From a virus, in the IMG/VR virus record IMGVR_UViG_3300025534_000004, positions 64,001 through 128,000 of that record: a stretch of 64,000 bases of DNA. One strand, 5' to 3'. This document shows positions 51,414-61,791 of this stretch, piece by piece (positions within the stretch are counted from its first letter, which is position 1; every line of letters starts with the position of its first letter). The notes under the pieces were generated by a model. The model worked only from the letters and a program-made list of their open reading frames with translations. It did not search any database and was not told where the DNA came from. The position numbers and the translations under genes are program-made.

Positions 51414-51968
51414 TCAGATGATGGTCAGATAGTGCGGCGGCACCGCCTCGGTGAGCCACACGCCATTGTCGCTCAGGAAAAAGACGTGACCGTTCTCCCG
51501 CATCGCCTTGGCATCCACTGCGAGGATGATGGGGTTGCCGCGCCGCCCGCCGACCTTGCTCGCCGTCTCGATGTCCGGGCTCAGATGCACATGATGTCTC
51601 CGCATCTTGCGCAGGCCCTCGCGGAAGATCGGCTCGATGAAATTCGCCACCGTGCCATGGTAGAGCGTGTCCGGCGGCTCGGCCTGCTGGAAGGCGAGGC
51701 GCACGCCCTCCACACTGTGGCCCTGATTGGCACGGATGAGGCGCTTGTCCGCCGACAGGGCATAGCGGCCCTTGCTGTCCTCAGCGACGATGCGTTCCAG
51801 ATCGAAGCGGGACAAGAGGAACCCCTGTTCCTTGAGCGCCCGCAGCAGGTCCGGGACCGGTGTCCAACCCTCAGCGTCAAGGGTCAGCCCAACCGCCTCC
51901 GGATTGTGCCGCAACACAAGAGCCATGAATTTGCTGACCCGGACCGGATCAAACGTCTTGTCGCTCAT
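51414..51968 (-). CDS. kptA: RNA 2'-phosphotransferase Tpt1/KptA
   Basis: SKFMALVLRH, KGRY, IRANQGHS, LYHGT, RHHVHLS, NGVWL. Confidence 0.92.
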   Translation of the reverse strand: MSDKTFDPVRVSKFMALVLRHNPEAVGLTLDAEGWTPVPDLLRALKEQGFLLSRFDLERIVAEDSKGRYALSADKRLIRANQGHSVEGVRLAFQQAEPPDTLYHGTVANFIEPIFREGLRKMRRHHVHLSPDIETASKVGGRRGNPIILAVDAKAMRENGHVFFLSDNGVWLTEAVPPHYLTII

Positions 51969-52075
51969 GGCGAGCCCCGTACCGATTAATTCGGTTCCTT
52001 GCAACTGCCTTTTATTGGAACAGGGGCGGCGGACCGTCAAGGATCGTGAAACTCCAGCCACCCAGCCGGTCGCTT

Positions 52076-52642
52076 TCATCCCTCCGCACCGATGATGTCG
52101 CCGGGCTTGAACATCTCGAACTCGGTCAGCAGCCATGTGGCCACCAACTCGGCGTCCAGTGGCAGGAGGATGCAGCGGTCCGGGTCGCTGATGAGTTTGG
52201 GTCGCTCGCCGCGCCACGAAACGGGGGCCTTCTCGCCATTGCGGATGATCGCCTTAACGCTCAGCGTCCCACTCTCATTCACCGCGAGGACCTGACCGAT
52301 CTCCAAGGCATGGGAGTTCTCGCCCACGCTGACCGAGTAGCAGAGCACGGCGCCGGGTTCGACCGTCCGGCCCGTCATGTCGGTCACGGGCGCGATGATC
52401 GGGTTGCCCTCGGCATCCACCAGATCGACCTTGGAGTATGGAAGGCGCACCTCCTTCTCCACCCCATCGACCGCTATGGTCAACTCCGATCCAGAGATGC
52501 GCTTGACCGTGCCAAGCTTGCCCTTGTGGCGCCCCTGTTTCAGGACAACGCGGACGGGGCTCTTGAAATCATCTTCGTGGAGGTAACGCCCATAACGGGC
52601 ATCGTGCTCGTGCAGTAGGGTATCGAACTGAAATCGCCGCAT
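52076..52642 (-). CDS. Hypothetical protein with KOW/SH3-like domains
   Basis: VRVVLKQGRHKGKLGTVK. Confidence 0.5.
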   Translation of the reverse strand: MRRFQFDTLLHEHDARYGRYLHEDDFKSPVRVVLKQGRHKGKLGTVKRISGSELTIAVDGVEKEVRLPYSKVDLVDAEGNPIIAPVTDMTGRTVEPGAVLCYSVSVGENSHALEIGQVLAVNESGTLSVKAIIRNGEKAPVSWRGERPKLISDPDRCILLPLDAELVATWLLTEFEMFKPGDIIGAEG

Positions 52643-52732
52643 GGAATTTCCCTATCTGAAATAAGTTCCTTTGTGCCGGACCAAACGGTCAAAGGCCATA
52701 TTGCCACGCGCTTGGATGAATGGAAAGCGCGC

Positions 52733-53319
52733 TCATGAAACGGGGAACGCTATGCAGAACATGGCGAGGTCGGATTTGCGCGCGAATTCGAGAGACCAGC
52801 GTTCCGGAATGAGCGCAAAGCCGTGCGGTTCACGGAGACGCCATGGTCCCGCGCAACAGTCATCGAGCCATGCCTTGACCTCATCCCGCAGCACCCAATG
52901 CGACATGCCGGTCTGCCAGCACATCCGTCGCACGATCAAATTCTTCGCCGAAATCGAGAAGCCGGAGCGCAGGGAGAGGCGAAACAGGAAGTCGGTGAGC
53001 GCGTCGAGTTTCATGTCAGCACCAATTCCAAATCCGGATAGGCCATCCGGAGCATGGCAAGGTCCGACAGTCGGGAAACCCGAATGTACCAGCGAGGATA
53101 AGGCGGGCCGCCAGTGAGGCGCCAAGGCCCGATCATGGTGCCGTCCAGCCACGCCTCAACATCCTCGCGCAAGGCGACGATGCGGCCATGGCCCTTGTCG
53201 CGCACGCACAGCAGCCGGGAGCAGGATACGGCATAACCGGACCACAGATGGCAGCGGAACAGCAGGTCGAAGATCGCGAGGGTTAACCTTCGGGGCCAAT
53301 CGCTCAAAATGCTCATCAT
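52733..53319 (-). other. Two tandem paralogs of the dispersed family (52733-53014, 53011-53319)
   Basis: Both have D.LFR..L.SG, LR..V.AWLD...GPWRL, SDLAM. Confidence 0.65.
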
Positions 53320-53729
53320 CCAAATACCATTTTGAATTTCGCCGCATCCTCCTGCGACGAGAAATAGGCAACCCGGTAGCGGAGATTCCAGCGCACCCTG
53401 CAATTGGCGCGTTAGAATACCCGCGCTTTGCGCGGGACCGGGGGCCACCGGGGATCAAGGAAATGGGCGTCCGGCCCGTATGGGACGCAGTGCCCGTCCA
53501 CTTCGGAAACCCAATGGCGGGGGTTCAGCGAGCGATAGGGCTGGGAACAGTGGACCCAGATCACCAAGGCTTGCAGCCCCGTGATATGGGCCACGGCGCT
53601 CCACGGCACTCCCTCGACGAGCAGGAAACCGGCCATGATGCCGGTCACGCAGCCCAAGACCGCCTCGGTCGCCAGTCTTGCCGGAAGCCTGCGGGACCGA
53701 GGGCGGTCTGGCTCGTCCATCGGCCTGCC

Positions 53730-54164
53730 TCAATCGACGAAGATCGGCTTGGCCTCGGGATCGAAGCGGATGCCCGCCTCGGTGAGGGTATGGGCGAGGT
53801 AGTCCATCGGCAGCCGCATGTAGCGGTTGAGCAACTGCATGTAGAGGCCGACAAAGATCGCGCCGTGATGGTTCGAACGGCCTTCGGCGTCCGAGGAGAG
53901 GGCGTGCGCCACCTCGTGCAGCACGATCCATGACGAGGTCTCCTCGGGGAATTCCAAGGTCAGACGTGTCCCGGTGGCCGCATGACGGCGCGCCTGCTTG
54001 GGCAGGGGGACGACCTTGGGCGGATATTTCAAGCCAAGATCGGCCCAGATGGCGTCCACCATGCCCTGCACCGCCGCGAAGGGAACCTTGGAGGAGTCGC
54101 GGGGCTTCACCACCCGCTTCTCCCACGCATAGACCTTGCTCCGCTGTAGGTCCCGTACATACAT
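53730..54164 (-). CDS. SprT-like HExxH metallopeptidase
   Basis: VLHEVAH...HHGAIF. Confidence 0.75.
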   Translation of the reverse strand: MYVRDLQRSKVYAWEKRVVKPRDSSKVPFAAVQGMVDAIWADLGLKYPPKVVPLPKQARRHAATGTRLTLEFPEETSSWIVLHEVAHALSSDAEGRSNHHGAIFVGLYMQLLNRYMRLPMDYLAHTLTEAGIRFDPEAKPIFVD

Positions 54165-54166
54165 GG

Positions 54167-54889
54167 TCAGGCTGCAAGCCGCTGGTGACCAGCACCCTGC
54201 TCGACTGGGCGGGTCAGATTCACCTTGGCGCCCGCCTCGTAGCCCTGATGGTAGGCGCTGCCGTTGCTGATCCGCACCCTGTGCTTGCACGAGACGAGCT
54301 TGATCGAGGTCTGCTTGAAGGCGTCCTCGACCATCTGCTCCTTGATGACCATCAGCGCCGTCCCGGTCGAGGCGCGCTGGCGGGTCACTTCCGCATCGCG
54401 CTCCTTGCGCATCTCCATCAGCCGGACCGCCACCCGGTGCGCCATGCCGCGCGCGAAGCTCTGGGTCGCCATGCGCAGCGCAGCGCCGGTCGCCGTGCTG
54501 TTGCGCTTGAAGGCCGCCGTCTCGACCGCGATGGCGCGATCCACGACCTCGTAGAGGTAGCGGGCCATGGCCGTGTCATGCTCAAGGCCGAAGAACATGT
54601 AACTGCCGGACTGGGTGAACCAGACCTTGCAGTCCACGAACCGGGCGATGGCCGTCACGCTGAGGTCGATGGGGCGCCGCCGCTTGCCGCCGGTCTTGAT
54701 CTCGACCTGCACACAGGTCTCGGCCCGAACGTCGATCTCCTCCATGGTGAGGGCATAGCGTTCCAGCAGGCGGCCCACCATCTCAGCAGCAGCCAGCGCC
54801 TCAGCCTCGGTGCAGCCGCGATCCACGGTTTTCTCGCTCAGCGCCTTGATACGGGCCTTGACCTTGGCGAGTTCAGCGTGCTGGCTCAT
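54167..54889 (-). CDS. DUF2786-domain protein
   Basis: RIKAL...GCTEAEALAAAEMVGRLLERY...SFARG...AYHQGYEAG; operator-bearing promoter at 54920-54947. Confidence 0.75.
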   Translation of the reverse strand: MSQHAELAKVKARIKALSEKTVDRGCTEAEALAAAEMVGRLLERYALTMEEIDVRAETCVQVEIKTGGKRRRPIDLSVTAIARFVDCKVWFTQSGSYMFFGLEHDTAMARYLYEVVDRAIAVETAAFKRNSTATGAALRMATQSFARGMAHRVAVRLMEMRKERDAEVTRQRASTGTALMVIKEQMVEDAFKQTSIKLVSCKHRVRISNGSAYHQGYEAGAKVNLTRPVEQGAGHQRLAA

Positions 54890-55038
54890 GGACGACCTCA
54901 AGCTCCTCAGGATGGGCTCATCGTACCGGATTAATTCGGTTCGTCAACCCGTGTTTTTCGGGAAGGCAGCAGAAACCCCGCGTGACCGGGCCACGCGGGG
55001 TTTCTTCGGACGATCCGGCAGTCTTGCTCAAGCCGGTG

Positions 55039-55695
55039 TTAGGCGGCCTGCGCCTCCTTCCGGTCCTTGCCGAGATAGGAGGCAGGCACACCGAGCAGCT
55101 TGGCGATATGGCCGAGGTCCTGTTCAGCGAGTTCCGGCGAGCCCATCTCCCAGTCATGCACCCGGATCACCGTGACGCCGAGTTCGGTGGCGAGCTTCTT
55201 GCGCGACCAGTTGGCGCGCTTGCGGGCGATGCGGAGCCGGTCGCCCAGCGACAGGTCGGCTCCGCCGATCAGGTCGCCCTCGCCGGTCAGATGCGCGAGC
55301 GTGACGCCCAGCAGCTTTGCCAGCCGCTCCGCGCTCTCGCGGTCGATCTGGACGTTCCGGCCCTTCTCGATCTGCGAGATTACTTCGGTGCGGATGCCGG
55401 TTGCCGCCATGACGCTACGCTGGCGCATGTTCAGAACGGCACGGGCCTCGCGCAGGCGATGCGGGGCGATGGAGACGAGATCGGCGCCGGACCGCCGGAC
55501 GCGAGGACGCTTCGGCGGGGTCACTGCCGAAGCGGCGACCGCACTTTCCACCATGGCAGCGAAATCGGGCACCTGTGCATTGGCCCCAAGGGTGGAGCGC
55601 AGCAGCACAGTTGCGCGGGCCATGGAGGAAATGATCTCGGCAAGGGTATCCTGCTGCGCCGCATCGGCGCCAGCCGTGGTGGAAGCAGACATCAA
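55039..55695 (-). CDS. Tandem XRE-HTH transcription regulator
   Basis: RLREAR...ISQIEKG and LGDRLRIARKRANWSRKKLATELGV...WEMG. Confidence 0.8.
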   Translation of the reverse strand: MMSASTTAGADAAQQDTLAEIISSMARATVLLRSTLGANAQVPDFAAMVESAVAASAVTPPKRPRVRRSGADLVSIAPHRLREARAVLNMRQRSVMAATGIRTEVISQIEKGRNVQIDRESAERLAKLLGVTLAHLTGEGDLIGGADLSLGDRLRIARKRANWSRKKLATELGVTVIRVHDWEMGSPELAEQDLGHIAKLLGVPASYLGKDRKEAQAA

Positions 55696-56644
55696 AATCA
55701 GGTCCTCAAAATAGGTTTAGTTGAACTGCATTTTTAGGTGCGGGGCGTTGGTCGCGTCAACCGATTTTCTCGCGGCCATTCCCGAATTTCGACGTACTCC
55801 GTTATCCGGTCAGCCTCATCCGCGAAAGGCAAAAGGATCGGCCTCGCCCGGCAAACCGTACGGCATGGGGTGCGGGGCGTTGGTGACCAGAGGATGCGTG
55901 CAGAGCGTCAACAGCATGACGGTATAATCCTCCTGACGCACATGCCCGCCGGGATAATTCCGGGCACCCTCCACGACACATCGCACCGAGGCACTGAGTT
56001 CTTCGGGTTTCGCGGCCAGTACGGTGATCCATCCGGATAGGATGTAGATCGCGTAGCCCAGCAGGAAGCCGAGGACGAAGGCGATGACACGCTGCATCTC
56101 AGATACCGCCCCCCCCCCCCAGCGGACGGTAACCGTTGTCGATGACGGCGCGGCGACGCTCATAGGCGGCATCGCAGCGCCGGATCATCTCGTCGTCATA
56201 CCGCCCATGCAGGCAGACCTCCATGAACAGCGGCCGAAGGAACCAGTCCGATGCCCAGCGAGGCAGACCCACGGACATGCCGATCAGGGGAGACACTGAT
56301 GACTGCGATCATCAGAACGCAGTATGCGGAGATTATCAAACGCAAGCGCGTCATGGTTGATGGCTGCCGGTGATTTGGGAAGGAATGGTGTCAGACATCA
56401 AAATGCCCTCCTGAAAAATCAGTTGAAAGCAAGCGGCGATGCTGGTGTCACCCCTGTCCTAGAACTTGGCGTGCCGGACAAGGGTGAGGAGGACCGGCCG
56501 CAAGTCATCCAGCGTGGCCGCCTCCGCGATGGCCTTTTCGAGCGCCTCGCGGAGTTCCAGCCTGCGCGCCTCCAAGACGCCGATGTCGCGCTCGATGCGC
56601 AGGGTCCTGATGCGCTCCGCGAGGAAGGAATCATCCAGCATGGC

Positions 56645-56857
56645 TCAACGAAACCCCGGCGAGGTCAGGCCGCCGAGGATCATGTCCACGGCGATCTGCC
56701 GATTGCGGTGCTGCGACCGCTCCGTGTTGCAGATGGCGATCAGACCGGTGGGCAGGTGCGTAACCTTGACGCCGGTCCGCACCCCGACATGCTGGCCGCC
56801 CGGCGGGGTGGGTTCATAGGTCTCGACCCGGAGGTCCTGTGGCGGGATGCCGGTCAT
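56645..56857 (-). CDS. Minimal GGQ peptidyl-tRNA hydrolase domain (70 aa)
   Basis: DLRVETY...PGGQHVG...VKVTHLPTGL...ERSQHRNR. Confidence 0.8.
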   Translation of the reverse strand: MTGIPPQDLRVETYEPTPPGGQHVGVRTGVKVTHLPTGLIAICNTERSQHRNRQIAVDMILGGLTSPGFR

Positions 56858-57207
56858 GGGGTCGCTGCGAGGGCGATGCCGAACACCATGCGCAGGCGTT
56901 CGCGGTCAGGCTGGCCGCGCGTGGTGTTGCGCGAGCCACCGAAGCCCGAGGCGTTGAACTCGGAGCCGCAGCCATCGCAGGCGATGTTGCGCGTACCGCC
57001 GCCTTCGGGACCCACGTATAGCCCGCCGCCGCAATCAGGGCGGCGGCCTCGCATGATCTCCCGAATTTCGACGGCAGAAAGATACTCGCCCCGGTTCGAG
57101 GTGCGTTCCTCGACAACGGGCTTACGGAACCATCGGATCAGGAATGTGAGCATGAATGTCGGTTCTTTCGACGACAGGCAAGGAGCAGGATGGGTGGGTG
57201 TCAGCCG

Positions 57208-57645
57208 TCAGGCCAGCACCCGCTTCACGACCGCCGAGGCGAGCTTGCCGTCGTACTGGCCCGCACGCTCGGCCTTGAGGGTCGCCATGATGCCGCCCAT
57301 GTTCAGGCCCTCGGCCTTCTTCGCCTGCGCGAAGGCTTCGATCTCGTCCTCGGTCATCTGCGTCGGCAGATAGGCTTCGAGAATGGCCTTCTCGCGGGCG
57401 TTCTTGGCGATGTCCTCGGTGCGACCGGAATTCGCCAGTACGGTGGCCGTCTCCTCGACACCCTTGAGGAACTTGCGCACCACGGCGACCACCTCCTCGT
57501 CGGTGAGGGGCCGGGCCGGAGAGAAGTTCTTCTCCCGCGTGGTGATCTCGCCGAGCACGGTGCCCAGCAGGCCAGCCGCGACGGAATCGCGCGCCTTGCG
57601 GGCCGCGATGCTGTCGTTGCGGATGCGGTCGGCGATGGGGCTCAT
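57208..57645 (-). CDS. GatB/YqeY domain protein
   Basis: ARKARD...EKAILEAYLPTQMTEDEI...MGGIM...YDGK. Confidence 0.85.
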   Translation of the reverse strand: MSPIADRIRNDSIAARKARDSVAAGLLGTVLGEITTREKNFSPARPLTDEEVVAVVRKFLKGVEETATVLANSGRTEDIAKNAREKAILEAYLPTQMTEDEIEAFAQAKKAEGLNMGGIMATLKAERAGQYDGKLASAVVKRVLA

Positions 57646-58513
57646 GGCCTGTGTCCTTCTGCAAAATCTCTTTCAGGATGGCGGAACATAGAGAACCGCA
57701 ATAATGCCGTCAACTGGTCCGAATTTTTCAGGCCGACTTGCGGCCGAACAACCGGCCGAGCAGGCTTGGCTTCCCCGGCGGTGCAGTCGGAATGTTACCC
57801 GCAAGGGCCTTGGCGAGATTGCGCTGCGACCCGCACGTCACCAGACCCGTCTCCATCAGGCGTTTTGCGAGCTTTCTGTCATTCTCCTGCTGCAACAGCG
57901 GACGGGCAACATCCACGATTTTTCGTAGCCGAGCCAATTCGGCGCGCATCCTCGCGTCGCCGTTCCAGAAGCTCGGGTTCGGCGACCCGCACTGCCACCG
58001 TGAGGGCGTCCAGCGCCGAGCGGACCGTGTCGTTCTCGCTTACGGCGGCCGTCAGGAACACCGCAAGAGGCTCCTCGTCGCCAAAGACGAAGGCGTATTC
58101 CGTTCCTTCGCTCATCCCCGCAGCGCCATCCGGAAGGTGGCGAGGTCGTCATCGGTGCGTCTACGGGCCATGGTCGCGCGGAGGGATTGCCCGGCTCTTA
58201 TGGGGCTGCTCGTGATGAACCAGTCCTGTGGCTGTGTCTCGACCTGATGACGCTCGCGCTCGCGACGGTCATGCAAATCTTCGAGCAGGCAGTCGAGCGC
58301 ATCTAGGTCGCAGCGCATGGCCGCCTCCACCCTCTGGACCAACGGGGCGTCGTTAAGGCGGACCAAGACCATCAGCGCGTCGAGGGCTTCCTCCACGATC
58401 TCGTTGTCCGAGGTGAGCGCCGCGATCAGGCTCGCGACCTGCTCGGGCGGTATCGGCACGATTGACATGTCAGGCACGGCGATCACCGTGTTCCTTTCTG
58501 AAATGGGGTTGAG

Positions 58514-58738
58514 TCAGCGCACCGGAATCCAGCGGTGGCCCTTGTGATGGTCGTGGTGATGTCGGTGGTGCCAATGACCATGGACGCCGTGCCCGAGACG
58601 GAAGCGGATGACCGGAGGCGGGGTATAGACGACCGGAGGCGGCGGGGTATGGTAGCTCCGTACCGGTGGCGGCATATAGGCCACGGGGGCGCAGCCCGAA
58701 AGGGCAAGCAGGGCCGCAGCGAGGAACAGTGGCTTCAT
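58514..58738 (-). CDS. Pro/His-rich small lipoprotein
   Basis: LALSGC lipobox; HGHWHHRHHHDHH. Confidence 0.6.
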   Translation of the reverse strand: MKPLFLAAALLALSGCAPVAYMPPPVRSYHTPPPPVVYTPPPVIRFRLGHGVHGHWHHRHHHDHHKGHRWIPVR

Positions 58739-58977
58739 GGCAATGGCTTCCTTGTTCAGACGGGCAGAGGCGGGGATCGCATGGCCCGGTCACGGGCAGC
58801 GGACCAGCCGCGATGCCATTCGGCGGCTTCGGTGGTGTCCTCGTACGGACAGTCCATGATCTCGACGCCGCGCCGGAAGGCAGCCTCGCCCCGCTCGAAC
58901 GGGGTCATCTCGGTGCAGACCGCCGGATAGGCACGGCAATAGGTCCGGTCGAACGCCTCGGTCGCCATGAGGGGTCC

Positions 58978-59658
58978 TCAGCGGGCTCCCTCGGGCGACG
59001 CCAAGCTGCGGCCGATATTGGCGCGGGCCTTGGCCTCGAACAGGTCGTGCAGAACCGGGTCGCGGAAGATGCGCGGCACCTGACCGACCATGCGCAGGAA
59101 GGAGCCGCGCCCGGCTGCCCACTCGGCATTGCTCAGATGTGCATATTCCAGCCGGATGAGGGCCGTGTTGAGGTCGAACTGCGCCGGTTCCGCCGCCAGT
59201 GATACGAGGTCGAGACCCACAAACCACTCCCGCCTGCGATCCGCCTCGGTATCATACGGGCGGTTGGCGAAATGCTGAGCGGTGGCGAGGATCATGGCTT
59301 CCACGAGATCAATGTCGATAACGGCGGCGGCACCGGCAGCGGCGGCATGGCTCCGCCAGAGTTCCGCCGAGGCGGCCTCGTTCCGGCTTGACCGGGCGTC
59401 ATAGATGATATCGTGATACAGGATCGCCGAGGCGATCTCCCGGTCCCCGTCACGGGTCAGATATGGTGGCGCGAATCGGGCCTTGAGACGATGATGTGCC
59501 CACCACATGGTGGCATAATGATACAGCCCGTGATACAACCGCGTCGGCCCCATCATGGCGTTGCGCAGCGCGATCTTGTGGGCCTCCATGACCGGTACAT
59601 GCCGAAGCAGGTCGTCGATGACGTTTGCCGGTTCCGCTACGTCAAGGTCGAAAGTCAT
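58978..59658 (-). CDS. HD-superfamily metal-dependent phosphohydrolase
   Basis: RLYHGLYH, ILYHDIIYD, NEAASA, ILATAQH, DL, IRLEY. Confidence 0.85.
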   Translation of the reverse strand: MTFDLDVAEPANVIDDLLRHVPVMEAHKIALRNAMMGPTRLYHGLYHYATMWWAHHRLKARFAPPYLTRDGDREIASAILYHDIIYDARSSRNEAASAELWRSHAAAAGAAAVIDIDLVEAMILATAQHFANRPYDTEADRRREWFVGLDLVSLAAEPAQFDLNTALIRLEYAHLSNAEWAAGRGSFLRMVGQVPRIFRDPVLHDLFEAKARANIGRSLASPEGAR

Positions 59659-60161
59659 GATTCATTACCGGCATACAAATCAGCCAGAACCGAGGCGATT
59701 TCGGCATGGGCGGCCCGCAGGCGATCCCAGTCCGATATGGTGAGACCTCGCCGGAGCGGACCGAAGCGGCGCGCGACCTCGGCGAACAGGGCCTCGGAAA
59801 AGCCGAGGACCATGCGGTCAAGCTCTTTCAAATCGGGTTCGGGCATCGTCGTATGGCTTTCTGAAAAACCCGCTTTCGGGTACCACATTTTTCGGTTCCG
59901 TCAACGCAAGCGGGAGCAAAGATCATGGATATGCGATCATGTGTTGCAAACATGACACACATGCCTTTTCGGGAAATGAAAAGCCGTTGAGCCTCGGCCC
60001 GAAGCTGTCTAAGAAAACATGTAGTTTCAATATGAGTTCAAGGTGGGTTCCTGACCAAGCACTGTATGCGTTTGAAATAACCGCAACGAGGACACCACAA
60101 AGCCTGCGCGCCTGCGGCGCTGGACGCGGGGTCAGGTGATGCCTAGCGAGAGCAACGGATC

Positions 60162-61715
60162 GTGAGTACCGCGCAAACATTGGAAGCCGACGAAACCACG
60201 CGGTCTCGCGTGATGAATGCATTGTTCTTGGCGATCCCTGACTGCCTGTTCGCCAAGGACCGGGAGGGGCGCTACATTCTGCTGAACGCAGCATCCACGG
60301 CCGTGGCGGAGTATGCGGGCCGTCTCCCGCCCGACTCCGACCTGACCGGGCTCACCGCCAATGACGTGTTCCCACCCAAATTGGCCCAACGCGTTCTTGA
60401 GACGGACGACATCGCGCTGAACGGCGGGGTGTCAAGCTTCGAGGCGCGCATTCCTTCGGCCACCCAGAATGGCGAAGGCCGGTGGTTCCTTGTCTCCAAG
60501 GCCCCGTTGCACGACGATGCGGGGCAGATCGTCGGCATTATCGGCATCGCCAAGGATATTACAGCGCAAAAACGTACCGAACAGACCATCGCCGAGGAGA
60601 AGGAGCGCGCCGACCGCCAGCGCGAGGCGGTGGCCCGTTTCCTGAGCGTCACGGCGCATGATTTGCGGCAGCCGCTACAGGCCGTCCAGTTCTACACCAC
60701 TGCGCTGGCGCCTTCTGTCCCGCCGGAGGCGTGGCCCCTGTTCTCGAAGCTTGAGGTCGCGCAGGCGACGGTCAACAGCCTGTTTGAAACCCTGCTCGAT
60801 GCAACCCGGCTGGATACCGGCATTTTCAATGCGCAACTTGAGGAATTCGCGGCCAGCGAGGTCTTGGATCAGGTAGCGACCGCAACGGGACGGCTCGCGG
60901 AGGCCAAGGGTCTCAAGGCGCACTACCTCCCCTCGGATGCGATAATCCGCTCCGACCGTGCCATGCTGACCCGGTTGTTCATGAACCTGACCGAGAATGC
61001 GGTGCGCTATACCACGACGGGTCGGGTGATCATCGACTGCATCGAGCGGGAGGACCGCCTGCTGGTCGAAATCCGCGACAGCGGCATCGGCATCCCGCCG
61101 GAACGCCTCGCGCGCATCTGGGAGGAGTCGCGGAATCCCGAATCCGGCGGCTTGGGCCTCGGCCTGACCATGGTGCGGCGCATCGCCGACATCCTCGACC
61201 TCAACGTGCAGATCAAGTCCGATCTCGGGCACGGCACGACCTGCATCGTGAGCCTGCCGCTGGTGGCGCGCGGCATCGACGAGACGGATGCCGCCACGGC
61301 CGCTTTCCTTGCACGCGGCCACAGGCCGGATTCGGCGTCGCCCGTGGAGGGGGAGCCGTCCGTCCTCGTCGTCGATGATGATGCGATCCTGCGCGATGCG
61401 TTCGATGTCGTGCTGTCGGAGGTCGGCCTGTCGGTGACCGCCGTCGGCACCTATCCGGAGGCCGCCAAAGCGGTCATCCAGTCCGAACCCGATGTCATGA
61501 TCATCGACTACCGGCTCATCGGGATAACCGGTGTCGAAATTTACCAAAGGCTGTGCGGGAGTTTGGGGCGGAAGGTCCCCGCCATCCTCCTGACCGGAGA
61601 GATCAGCGACGAGGTTCGGCGCTTGGCGGCGGAGAACGGGATGCGCCTGATGCACAAGCCGATCATCACCGCGAACCTGATCGCCGCCGTCAGGGAACTC
61701 GCCAAGCAGGACTGA
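60162..61715 (+). CDS. Hybrid sensor histidine kinase (PAS-HisKA-HATPase-REC)
   Basis: KDREGRY PAS, AHDLRQPL, NLTENAVRY, DSGIGI, GLGLGL, VVDDD...IDYRL...LLTG...KP. Confidence 0.92.
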   Translation: MSTAQTLEADETTRSRVMNALFLAIPDCLFAKDREGRYILLNAASTAVAEYAGRLPPDSDLTGLTANDVFPPKLAQRVLETDDIALNGGVSSFEARIPSATQNGEGRWFLVSKAPLHDDAGQIVGIIGIAKDITAQKRTEQTIAEEKERADRQREAVARFLSVTAHDLRQPLQAVQFYTTALAPSVPPEAWPLFSKLEVAQATVNSLFETLLDATRLDTGIFNAQLEEFAASEVLDQVATATGRLAEAKGLKAHYLPSDAIIRSDRAMLTRLFMNLTENAVRYTTTGRVIIDCIEREDRLLVEIRDSGIGIPPERLARIWEESRNPESGGLGLGLTMVRRIADILDLNVQIKSDLGHGTTCIVSLPLVARGIDETDAATAAFLARGHRPDSASPVEGEPSVLVVDDDAILRDAFDVVLSEVGLSVTAVGTYPEAAKAVIQSEPDVMIIDYRLIGITGVEIYQRLCGSLGRKVPAILLTGEISDEVRRLAAENGMRLMHKPIITANLIAAVRELAKQD

Positions 61716-61726
61716 GGACTGGAACG

Positions 61727-61762
61727 CTCAGGGTGTCCGGGCCTCCCCGGCACCCTGAGTTT
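61727..61762 (+). terminator. Hairpin after the histidine kinase
   Basis: CTCAGGGTG(T)CCGGG-CCTC-CCCGG-CACCCTGAG followed by TTT. Confidence 0.6.
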
Positions 61763-61791
61763 GACCCGGACCCCGGCCGGGCCGGGTTGCG

